A DNA stretch of 62,750 nucleotides, filler included, from Trichosphaerium sp. ATCC 40318 (lineage: Eukaryota; Protista; Tubulinea), in NCBI GenBank assembly GCA_038496445.1. It is 3 parts of 3 records of this genome, joined end to end, with 100 filler letters (N's around TTAATTAATTAA, not from the genome) between each part and the next. Parts side by side here need not be neighbours in the genome. Positions count along the whole stretch, not along the records: positions 1 to 30,632 come from JALMLS010000248.1; 2 more parts are not named here. The stretch is one strand, 5' to 3'. The notes under the pieces were generated by a model, which saw only the letters and a program-made list of their open reading frames with translations, was not told the DNA's origin and did not search any database. Made by a program: the position numbers and the translations under genes. This document shows positions 11,417 through 21,773 of the stretch, one piece after another (within the stretch, counting starts at the first letter, position 1; the number at the start of each line of letters is the position of its first letter).

Positions 11417-11662
11417 AGTGAATAGGTTCTTTTGGTATTTATAATGTTGGGTTCAAAATATAAATAAAAGAGAAATATTGTGGAAAGTGTGATATTTATA
11501 AATATTTGATTTTGTAGGTTTAGGGTTTTTTTTTTTACATTAATTATTAGTTATAATTTATTTTTAATTTTAATTTTTATAATATTTTTTATATGAATAT
11601 TAACGATTTTTTTTTTGCTTTTTTATAACAATGTTATAAAAAAGCAAAAAAAAAATGTTATT

Positions 11663-12733
11663 ATGTTATGAGGAATGGATCCTATGGCGTTAGCTGTGGG
11701 AGGTATTGGGTATGTAGACATAGGTTTTGGTTTTGCAGCCACTTGTATTATAGGAGTAATAGTAGGCGTGATGGTGGTAGTAAATAGAAGATCAGCATCA
11801 GAAGAAGGAGAAAAAAATATAGAAGGAGAAAAGAAAGAAGAAGAAAAAATAGAAGGAGAAAAAATAGAAGGAGAAGAAAAAATAGAAGAAGAAAAAATAG
11901 AAGGAGTAGAAAAAATAGAAGGAGAAAAAATAGAAGAAGAAAAAATAGAAGGAGTAGAAAAAATAGAAGGAGAAAAAATAGAAGGAGAAAATATAGAAGG
12001 ATTAGAAAAAATAGAAGGAGAAAAAATAGAAGGAGAAAATATAGAAGGATTAGAAAAAATAGAAGGAGAAAATATAGAAGGAGAAAATATAGAAGGATTA
12101 GAAAAAATAGAAGGAGAAAATATAGAAGGAGAAAATATAGAAGGATTAGAAAAAATTTTTGATTGAATAAAAGAGTGAGAATTGTATAACAGTGAAAATT
12201 TAAAAATTTATTTAGAAAACAGTGTTTCAGCATTATCTAAAAAAAATGTAGTGTGTTATATAGACGTCTGTATAAATAGTCTGAAATTGAAATTAGAAGA
12301 ATTATTTGCTTATTTTAATACTAAAGAAAACATAAAAACCTTAGATTTAGAAAATTTAAGAGCAATAAAAAAAAATTTATATGATTTGATAGAAGTTTTT
12401 GACTGGCAAGCTACAGATGTAGGAAAACTGTCCAAGTATTTTAAGGATCAAATGCATAGATTTGTGGAGAATAATGCATCGCTATTAGAGGCCCGACGTG
12501 ATTTATGGGCAAAGCTTTTAGAAAAATATGGATTACTGCAAGATATATTATGAGGGATTGTTAAGTCTAGATCAATAATAAAAGAGGCAATAAAAAAAAA
12601 ATTATCAATATTAGATAAAGAAATAGAAAACAGATGAAGCGAATGATTTTATGAAAAAGGCGTTGATTTTTATTATTTTATAACCAACATGCTGGGAAAT
12701 ATATATGAATTTTTTTCTTATTTTTTTACTTAA
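11663..12733 (+). CDS. orphan mitochondrial ORF356, unedited: N-terminal TM segment, acidic pentapeptide repeats, helical C-terminus
   Basis: Track ORFs 11675-12166 and 12182-12553 join through TGA=Trp to TAA at 12731-12733; in-frame ATG at 11663. Confidence 0.8.
11805..12158 (+). repeat. tandem 15/18-nt repeats encoding EGEKI/EGENI/EGLEKI/EGVEKI
   Basis: GAAGGAGAAAA(A/T)ATA-type units iterated about 20 times. Confidence 0.92.
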
Positions 12734-12943
12734 ACTACTTATAGTTTAAGTAAAAAAATAAGAAAAGTGTGTAAATTTTGAAAAAAAAGAATGTTATTTG
12801 TATTATAAATGAATATTTAAAAAAGATAGTTATTTGTTTATAATTTTTTATAGTTTCAAGGGAAGAAGCGAAATTAAAAATAAATTAAGTTCTTTATTTT
12901 ATTTTTTTTGTTTTTTAGTAATTTTAAATATATTAATAAAATA

Positions 12944-13877
12944 ATGTTAGTTATTTTAAAGTTTATTATTTTATTATTTTAATGTTTCCGTTTATTTTTG
13001 CGGAGCATTATTAACTTTATGGAAAGAAAAGTTATGGCTGGTATCAAAGAAGGAAAGGACCTATGTAGTAGGTTTATATGGTTTATTACAGCCATAGCTG
13101 ATGGGTTGAAATGATTTGAAAAGAAACAATAATTCCTCAATACGCTATGGTATTTTATTTGTTTTTGCTCCTTGTGGTTGTTATTTTTATCTTAGTTCTT
13201 TTATCCTTATTACCTTTGTCTTTTAAAATGTAATCATAGATATAGATATAGTTTGATGTTGATATTTGTTATATCGTCATTAGGTGTTTATGTTTAATTT
13301 TTGCGGGTTGGGCAAGTAACTCAAAATATGCTTTTTTAGTGCAATAAGAGCTGCTGCCCAAATGATTTCTTATGAGTTCCTTTTGGTTTAGTTATTATTA
13401 TATTGGTGCTTGAGCAGGTACGTTAAATCTTATAAGTGTAGTTAATTTACAAAAGATACTATTTTATTTTTATATGCGCCTGAGCGGCAATAATTTTTAT
13501 AGTGACAATATTAGCAGAGACTAATAGGCCACCTTTCGCAGATTTACCAGAGGCAGAAGGTGAATTAGTGTCTGTTATAATGTTGAATATTCTTCATGGG
13601 TTTTGTTTGTTTTTTTCTTTCTGATATATAAACATGATTATATTAAGTATTTTGTTTGCCAATTTATTTCTTGGCGAAATATTTTTTTTTATAATGATTT
13701 GTGGAAGGAATTCCTATTTTTTGTATATTAAAAGTTTATTAATAATGCTTATGTTTATTTGGTTAGAGCTTCATTACCTAGATATAGATATGATCATTTA
13801 ATGAGTTTAGGTGAAAAACTTTGTTACCTATAACGGTAGGGTTTTATTGTTTAATAGTGAATAGCTTTGGGAGGTAA
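12944..13877 (+). CDS. nad1: NADH dehydrogenase subunit 1 (cryptogene)
   Basis: ERKVMAG-QRRKGP-VVG-YGLLQP-ADG, GWASNSKYAF, RAAAQMISYE, AETNR-PF-DLPEAEGELV, RASLPRYRYD. Confidence 0.92.
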
Positions 13878-13887
13878 GTAATTTTAT

Positions 13888-14469
13888 ATGGTAGTTTTTT
13901 AGGTTAATTATGCGTTGAATTAGAGAGTTTTTGCTTTTGAATTTATTTTAGGTCTTTTATTAAATCTTTTGGACATATTTAAGAACTTTTATAGGATCTT
14001 GTAAAGATATGGCGATTTGTGGTTTTTATTTTTTTGGTTAAAATTAAGTGAGCGCATGCTGAAAATCATTGTTAGATATTTTTGTGTAGATAATAGTGCA
14101 GCTGCTGTAAATTGAAGGTAGCTTACGTTTTTTCAAGTTTATTTAAAATCGTAGAATAAGATTAGAAGGTTTTGCATATAAAAAAAGAGGTAGTTTATTT
14201 ACATCGTGTAAAATTTTTAGATCAGGTTTGTGGTTAGAAAGAGAGCGCAAGATTTATTTGGCGTATACTTTTCGGGAATGTAGATATGCGTAGAATTTTA
14301 TTAGACTATACTTTTAGAGGTTTCCTTTAAGAAAGGATTTTCCATTAACAGGTTATTATGAGTGAGATATGATGATCAAGGAAAGGTATAGTTTATGAAC
14401 GGTAGAGCTAACACAGGATTATCGCATGTTTGATTTTGATATGAATGAGTAGAAAAAATGTGAAGATAA
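13888..14469 (+). CDS. nad9: NADH dehydrogenase subunit 9 (cryptogene)
   Basis: WLERE-QDLFGVYF, DMRRILLDY-FRG-PLRKDFPLTGYYE-RYDD, VELTQDYRMFDF. Confidence 0.9.
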
Positions 14470-14482
14470 AAAATTAAAGAAA

Positions 14483-14760
14483 ATGGTAATTTTAGATTAT
14501 TGTTGTGTATTTTTACATCATCGGGGTTATAATAACTTCCAAAGTATATTAGAAATGTTAATAAGTTTAGAGTTATTAGAGTTTTAATCTACGTTCTTGC
14601 TTTGGTTTTGCAGTCGTAACGGATATTTCTGTAGGTGTATATTAGGTATCATCATAATTATAGGAGCAGCAGCCCAATCGCGATTGGACTGGCGATATTG
14701 TGACAATATCGCGAACTTTAAAAAGTGTTTCAGTAGATATGTATCTTTAATAAAAGTTAA
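14483..14760 (+). CDS. nad4L: NADH dehydrogenase subunit 4L (cryptogene)
   Basis: MLISLELL and IIIIGAAAQS-IGLAI match nad4L motifs; size about 90-95 codons. Confidence 0.75.
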
Positions 14761-15258
14761 ATGTTTATTTTTAAAGAATTTAGTTTAAGATTAAAAATAA
14801 AGTAAATAATCTATTTGTTAAAAGTACTGGTGTTATTTAGTCTTTTTATTATCGTTATTTTATGTAGATAGTGCAATATTGATAAAGATGATATTTTTGA
14901 AAAATTATTAGAAATTTAAAATTTAAGCCGAGTTTATTCAAGTCAGAATTTAGTTTGGATAATTTTATAGAAGTAATATTAATATTTTAGAAGGATTAAT
15001 AAAAATACGTTGCAAATAAAAATATAGAATGTTTAAAGAATTTGTTTAAATGTAATTTTTATTAGCGGGATTATTGAATGGCAAAGATTACGCAATTTAA
15101 GTTAGTAAAATCTACGTCGTAGATTTTACTAACTTAAATTGCGTAATCTTTGCCATTCAATAATTTAATAAATTATTCAGGTGTAATATAGGAGGTAGGA
15201 AATAAAAATAAAAATTATATAAAATATCAGGAAAATAAGGCATCTTTATGTTGTTGAT
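14761..15258 (+). CDS. possible divergent ribosomal protein L6 (cryptogene)
   Basis: Weak resemblance only (LFVKSTG near the start, R-LP-N..YSG and K-SGK near the end). Confidence 0.35.
15070..15164. repeat. perfect ~47-bp-arm palindrome
   Basis: ATTATTGAATGGCAAAGATTACGCAATTTAAGTTAGTAAAATCTACG-T-reverse complement. Confidence 0.92.
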
Positions 15259-15382
15259 ATTTAATTTTATTTATTTTTTATTTTTTTTTATTTTTTTTAT
15301 TATATTATATTATATTTTTATACTATATAGTTTTATAATTTTAACTTCAGTGAATTTAAGAACGTAAAAATTTAAAATAACA

Positions 15383-15823
15383 TGCGATGGTTAGATTTAG
15401 TGAAAAGGATCAACAAATAGTTTATTTAGTTATAGAACGCGTATGTAACTTCTTTAATAAAAAAAGAAAAAAAATTCGTGCGGTGATTTGTATTTTAAAA
15501 TATATATGTGATTAAAGGAGCAAAATAGTGGAGTCCTTCTACTATTTTGCAGTTGCTTTTAGGCGTTCACACCGTTCTTTTGCCTAAAACAGTTGTTTTA
15601 GGCAAAAGAACGGTGCAGTACCCATGTATGTTAATGAGCGGAAAAGAGAACAATGGTAGTGTTCTGGTTACCAGAAATGTAAAGCCTAGGTTCAGTTATA
15701 GCAATTAGCAGGTGAATTATTAAAGGCATCCATAGGGCAGGGATTTGTAATTTGGAAAAAAAAAAATGCTTATTGAGGGGTTACCTATAGGCACCAAAGT
15801 TTTCGTTTATTTATAGGGGGGTA
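15383..15823 (+). CDS. rps7: mitochondrial ribosomal protein S7 (cryptogene)
   Basis: NFFNKK-KK-RA, VVLGKRTV-VPMYVNERKRE, LAGELLKASIGQG-V-WKK; start uncertain. Confidence 0.7.
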
Positions 15824-15876
15824 AGAGTAAATATAAGGATAGACGTAATTTAAAAATAAATATAAATATTAAAAAT

Positions 15877-16489
15877 GATAAAAGTAAAGCGCTGGTGAAT
15901 CAATTATTTGTAGATTGAATATTTTTTGGTTCTTTAAAGAAGATACAAATTATTTAAGTGGTTGGTGTATTTTAGAGAATCCTATAAAATGTGTATTTTA
16001 GAAATGGATATATGTTTCAAGGATTTCATATATAAATAAATTAATAAGATGAGGTTTAGAGAGAGAGGTGCCGTGTTGTTTGCGAATTACGCGTTATTTT
16101 TAGAAGGTTAACTAAGCAGCTGCATATTTATGTGACAACCTTATGTAGCAGTGCGTGAAGAGAAGGAACTTTAACAAATTTTAGGTTATAGTAAGATGAT
16201 GGGTTTATTGATAACAGAGATGCTAGAGCAAGTGATAAATTTGGAGAACAGTTAGAAGGTTACAAATGCGTTATAAATTACCTGTTGAGTGTTTTTAAGT
16301 GCAGCTTGAAGAGTTTAAATATGTACGGGAATCAAGGGGTGTTAGGGTTCCGTCGGTAGTGTTGTTAGTTCAGATGGGTTAGTTCAGTGGTGGATTGTTG
16401 TTTAGCAGGGACACAAAAACATTTAAAAGTCAGTATTATTTTAACAGTTGGATGTTGATTATGTATATATAGAAAAGCAAAAAAAATAA
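15877..16489 (+). CDS. rps2: mitochondrial ribosomal protein S2 (cryptogene), ending in the hairpin apex
   Basis: W(TGA)REGTLTNF matches S2 W-GG-LTN; also VRESRGVRVPSV-VVSSD and VDCCLAG-. Confidence 0.7.
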
Positions 16490-16570
16490 TATATAGGGGT
16501 GTAAATTTAAAATTTAGGAATTTTAAATTTACAAGTTGATTTAATTTTTTTTTGCTTTTTATATATACAT
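16461..16570. other. imperfect AT-rich hairpin apex of the giant inverted repeat
   Basis: Core GTAAATTTAAAATT-TAGG-AATTTTAAATTTAC, flanked by a mismatched bubble (~16486-16499 vs ~16534-16545) before perfect pairing resumes. Confidence 0.85.
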
Positions 16571-17154
16571 AATCAACATCCAACTGTTAAAATAATACTG
16601 ACTTTTAAATGTTTTTGTGTCCCTGCTAAACAACAATCCACCACTGAACTAACCCATCTGAACTAACAACACTACCGACGGAACCCTAACACCCCTTGAT
16701 TCCCGTACATATTTAAACTCTTCAAGCTGCACTTAAAAACACTCAACAGGTAATTTATAACGCATTTGTAACCTTCTAACTGTTCTCCAAATTTATCACT
16801 TGCTCTAGCATCTCTGTTATCAATAAACCCATCATCTTACTATAACCTAAAATTTGTTAAAGTTCCTTCTCTTCACGCACTGCTACATAAGGTTGTCACA
16901 TAAATATGCAGCTGCTTAGTTAACCTTCTAAAAATAACGCGTAATTCGCAAACAACACGGCACCTCTCTCTCTAAACCTCATCTTATTAATTTATTTATA
17001 TATGAAATCCTTGAAACATATATCCATTTCTAAAATACACATTTTATAGGATTCTCTAAAATACACCAACCACTTAAATAATTTGTATCTTCTTTAAAGA
17101 ACCAAAAAATATTCAATCTACAAATAATTGATTCACCAGCGCTTTACTTTTATC
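16561..17154 (-). CDS. rps2: mirror copy of rps2 (3' end differs within the apex)
   Basis: Reverse complement of 15877-16470. Confidence 0.65.
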
Positions 17155-17207
17155 ATTTTTAATATTTATATTTATTTTTAAATTACGTCTATCCTTATAT
17201 TTACTCT

Positions 17208-17648
17208 TACCCCCCTATAAATAAACGAAAACTTTGGTGCCTATAGGTAACCCCTCAATAAGCATTTTTTTTTTTCCAAATTACAAATCCCTGCCCTATG
17301 GATGCCTTTAATAATTCACCTGCTAATTGCTATAACTGAACCTAGGCTTTACATTTCTGGTAACCAGAACACTACCATTGTTCTCTTTTCCGCTCATTAA
17401 CATACATGGGTACTGCACCGTTCTTTTGCCTAAAACAACTGTTTTAGGCAAAAGAACGGTGTGAACGCCTAAAAGCAACTGCAAAATAGTAGAAGGACTC
17501 CACTATTTTGCTCCTTTAATCACATATATATTTTAAAATACAAATCACCGCACGAATTTTTTTTCTTTTTTTATTAAAGAAGTTACATACGCGTTCTATA
17601 ACTAAATAAACTATTTGTTGATCCTTTTCACTAAATCTAACCATCGCA
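17208..17648 (-). CDS. rps7: mirror copy of rps7
   Basis: Reverse complement of 15383-15823. Confidence 0.65.
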
Positions 17649-18270
17649 TGTTATTTTAAATTTTTACGTTCTTAAATTCACTGAAGTTAAAATTATAAAA
17701 CTATATAGTATAAAAATATAATATAATATAATAAAAAAAATAAAAAAAAATAAAAAATAAATAAAATTAAATATCAACAACATAAAGATGCCTTATTTTC
17801 CTGATATTTTATATAATTTTTATTTTTATTTCCTACCTCCTATATTACACCTGAATAATTTATTAAATTATTGAATGGCAAAGATTACGCAATTTAAGTT
17901 AGTAAAATCTACGACGTAGATTTTACTAACTTAAATTGCGTAATCTTTGCCATTCAATAATCCCGCTAATAAAAATTACATTTAAACAAATTCTTTAAAC
18001 ATTCTATATTTTTATTTGCAACGTATTTTTATTAATCCTTCTAAAATATTAATATTACTTCTATAAAATTATCCAAACTAAATTCTGACTTGAATAAACT
18101 CGGCTTAAATTTTAAATTTCTAATAATTTTTCAAAAATATCATCTTTATCAATATTGCACTATCTACATAAAATAACGATAATAAAAAGACTAAATAACA
18201 CCAGTACTTTTAACAAATAGATTATTTACTTTATTTTTAATCTTAAACTAAATTCTTTAAAAATAAACAT

Positions 18271-18548
18271 TTAACTTTTATTAAAGATACATATCTACTG
18301 AAACACTTTTTAAAGTTCGCGATATTGTCACAATATCGCCAGTCCAATCGCGATTGGGCTGCTGCTCCTATAATTATGATGATACCTAATATACACCTAC
18401 AGAAATATCCGTTACGACTGCAAAACCAAAGCAAGAACGTAGATTAAAACTCTAATAACTCTAAACTTATTAACATTTCTAATATACTTTGGAAGTTATT
18501 ATAACCCCGATGATGTAAAAATACACAACAATAATCTAAAATTACCAT
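18271..18548 (-). CDS. nad4L: mirror copy of nad4L
   Basis: Reverse complement of 14483-14760. Confidence 0.72.
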
Positions 18549-18561
18549 TTTCTTTAATTTT

Positions 18562-19143
18562 TTATCTTCACATTTTTTCTACTCATTCATATCAAAATCA
18601 AACATGCGATAATCCTGTGTTAGCTCTACCGTTCATAAACTATACCTTTCCTTGATCATCATATCTCACTCATAATAACCTGTTAATGGAAAATCCTTTC
18701 TTAAAGGAAACCTCTAAAAGTATAGTCTAATAAAATTCTACGCATATCTACATTCCCGAAAAGTATACGCCAAATAAATCTTGCGCTCTCTTTCTAACCA
18801 CAAACCTGATCTAAAAATTTTACACGATGTAAATAAACTACCTCTTTTTTTATATGCAAAACCTTCTAATCTTATTCTACGATTTTAAATAAACTTGAAA
18901 AAACGTAAGCTACCTTCAATTTACAGCAGCTGCACTATTATCTACACAAAAATATCTAACAATGATTTTCAGCATGCGCTCACTTAATTTTAACCAAAAA
19001 AATAAAAACCACAAATCGCCATATCTTTACAAGATCCTATAAAAGTTCTTAAATATGTCCAAAAGATTTAATAAAAGACCTAAAATAAATTCAAAAGCAA
19101 AAACTCTCTAATTCAACGCATAATTAACCTAAAAAACTACCAT
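18562..19143 (-). CDS. nad9: mirror copy of nad9
   Basis: Reverse complement of 13888-14469. Confidence 0.88.
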
Positions 19144-19153
19144 ATAAAATTAC

Positions 19154-20087
19154 TTACCTCCCAAAGCTATTCACTATTAAACAATAAAACCCTACCGTTA
19201 TAGGTAACAAAGTTTTTCACCTAAACTCATTAAATGATCATATCTATATCTAGGTAATGAAGCTCTAACCAAATAAACATAAGCATTATTAATAAACTTT
19301 TAATATACAAAAAATAGGAATTCCTTCCACAAATCATTATAAAAAAAAATATTTCGCCAAGAAATAAATTGGCAAACAAAATACTTAATATAATCATGTT
19401 TATATATCAGAAAGAAAAAAACAAACAAAACCCATGAAGAATATTCAACATTATAACAGACACTAATTCACCTTCTGCCTCTGGTAAATCTGCGAAAGGT
19501 GGCCTATTAGTCTCTGCTAATATTGTCACTATAAAAATTATTGCCGCTCAGGCGCATATAAAAATAAAATAGTATCTTTTGTAAATTAACTACACTTATA
19601 AGATTTAACGTACCTGCTCAAGCACCAATATAATAATAACTAAACCAAAAGGAACTCATAAGAAATCATTTGGGCAGCAGCTCTTATTGCACTAAAAAAG
19701 CATATTTTGAGTTACTTGCCCAACCCGCAAAAATTAAACATAAACACCTAATGACGATATAACAAATATCAACATCAAACTATATCTATATCTATGATTA
19801 CATTTTAAAAGACAAAGGTAATAAGGATAAAAGAACTAAGATAAAAATAACAACCACAAGGAGCAAAAACAAATAAAATACCATAGCGTATTGAGGAATT
19901 ATTGTTTCTTTTCAAATCATTTCAACCCATCAGCTATGGCTGTAATAAACCATATAAACCTACTACATAGGTCCTTTCCTTCTTTGATACCAGCCATAAC
20001 TTTTCTTTCCATAAAGTTAATAATGCTCCGCAAAAATAAACGGAAACATTAAAATAATAAAATAATAAACTTTAAAATAACTAACAT
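19154..20087 (-). CDS. nad1: mirror copy of nad1
   Basis: Reverse complement of 12944-13877. Confidence 0.9.
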
Positions 20088-20297
20088 TATTTTATTAATA
20101 TATTTAAAATTACTAAAAAACAAAAAAAATAAAATAAAGAACTTAATTTATTTTTAATTTCGCTTCTTCCCTTGAAACTATAAAAAATTATAAACAAATA
20201 ACTATCTTTTTTAAATATTCATTTATAATACAAATAACATTCTTTTTTTTCAAAATTTACACACTTTTCTTATTTTTTTACTTAAACTATAAGTAGT

Positions 20298-21368
20298 TTA
20301 AGTAAAAAAATAAGAAAAAAATTCATATATATTTCCCAGCATGTTGGTTATAAAATAATAAAAATCAACGCCTTTTTCATAAAATCATTCGCTTCATCTG
20401 TTTTCTATTTCTTTATCTAATATTGATAATTTTTTTTTTATTGCCTCTTTTATTATTGATCTAGACTTAACAATCCCTCATAATATATCTTGCAGTAATC
20501 CATATTTTTCTAAAAGCTTTGCCCATAAATCACGTCGGGCCTCTAATAGCGATGCATTATTCTCCACAAATCTATGCATTTGATCCTTAAAATACTTGGA
20601 CAGTTTTCCTACATCTGTAGCTTGCCAGTCAAAAACTTCTATCAAATCATATAAATTTTTTTTTATTGCTCTTAAATTTTCTAAATCTAAGGTTTTTATG
20701 TTTTCTTTAGTATTAAAATAAGCAAATAATTCTTCTAATTTCAATTTCAGACTATTTATACAGACGTCTATATAACACACTACATTTTTTTTAGATAATG
20801 CTGAAACACTGTTTTCTAAATAAATTTTTAAATTTTCACTGTTATACAATTCTCACTCTTTTATTCAATCAAAAATTTTTTCTAATCCTTCTATATTTTC
20901 TCCTTCTATATTTTCTCCTTCTATTTTTTCTAATCCTTCTATATTTTCTCCTTCTATATTTTCTCCTTCTATTTTTTCTAATCCTTCTATATTTTCTCCT
21001 TCTATTTTTTCTCCTTCTATTTTTTCTAATCCTTCTATATTTTCTCCTTCTATTTTTTCTCCTTCTATTTTTTCTACTCCTTCTATTTTTTCTTCTTCTA
21101 TTTTTTCTCCTTCTATTTTTTCTACTCCTTCTATTTTTTCTTCTTCTATTTTTTCTTCTCCTTCTATTTTTTCTCCTTCTATTTTTTCTTCTTCTTTCTT
21201 TTCTCCTTCTATATTTTTTTCTCCTTCTTCTGATGCTGATCTTCTATTTACTACCACCATCACGCCTACTATTACTCCTATAATACAAGTGGCTGCAAAA
21301 CCAAAACCTATGTCTACATACCCAATACCTCCCACAGCTAACGCCATAGGATCCATTCCTCATAACAT
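20298..21368 (-). CDS. mirror copy of ORF356
   Basis: Identical track ORFs at 20865-21356 and 20478-20849. Confidence 0.78.
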
Positions 21369-21614
21369 AATAACATTTTTTTTTTGCTTTTTTATAACAT
21401 TGTTATAAAAAAGCAAAAAAAAAATCGTTAATATTCATATAAAAAATATTATAAAAATTAAAATTAAAAATAAATTATAACTAATAATTAATGTAAAAAA
21501 AAAAACCCTAAACCTACAAAATCAAATATTTATAAATATCACACTTTCCACAATATTTCTCTTTTATTTATATTTTGAACCCAACATTATAAATACCAAA
21601 AGAACCTATTCACT

Positions 21615-21755
21615 CTAATATACTTTTTCCATTAAATTAAAACTATATTTATAAGAAAACAAATAAAAAACTATACCTATACTTGCTCCTCCTACACCGA
21701 CAGTACATACTCCTGCTGCTAATACTTTTGCTGCTAATACTATTTGTCATTCCAT
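21615..21755 (-). pseudogene. mirror copy of the atp9 5' chimeric fragment
   Basis: Reverse complement of 11276-11416. Confidence 0.75.
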
Positions 21756-21773
21756 TTTTTTTTTACTCTTTTT

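Noticed and set aside
11748-12233. 161-aa Leu/Phe ORF on the - strand (and its mirror at 20798-21283)
   Set aside because: Antisense shadow of the GAA-rich repeat in ORF356
1-16489. Decayed NUMT or pseudogenised mtDNA as the cause of the frameshifts
   Set aside because: The reconstructed lesions are all single-base losses at fairly regular spacing, with catalytic residues retained; neutral decay would give insertions, larger indels and nonsense changes
1-16489. Long-read homopolymer error as the cause of the frameshifts
   Set aside because: Disfavoured but not formally excluded. Losses fall at 1-2-nt runs, while A runs of 8 nt or more in ORF468 and ORF356 keep frame and atp9 is clean. Identity of the two arms is not independent evidence.
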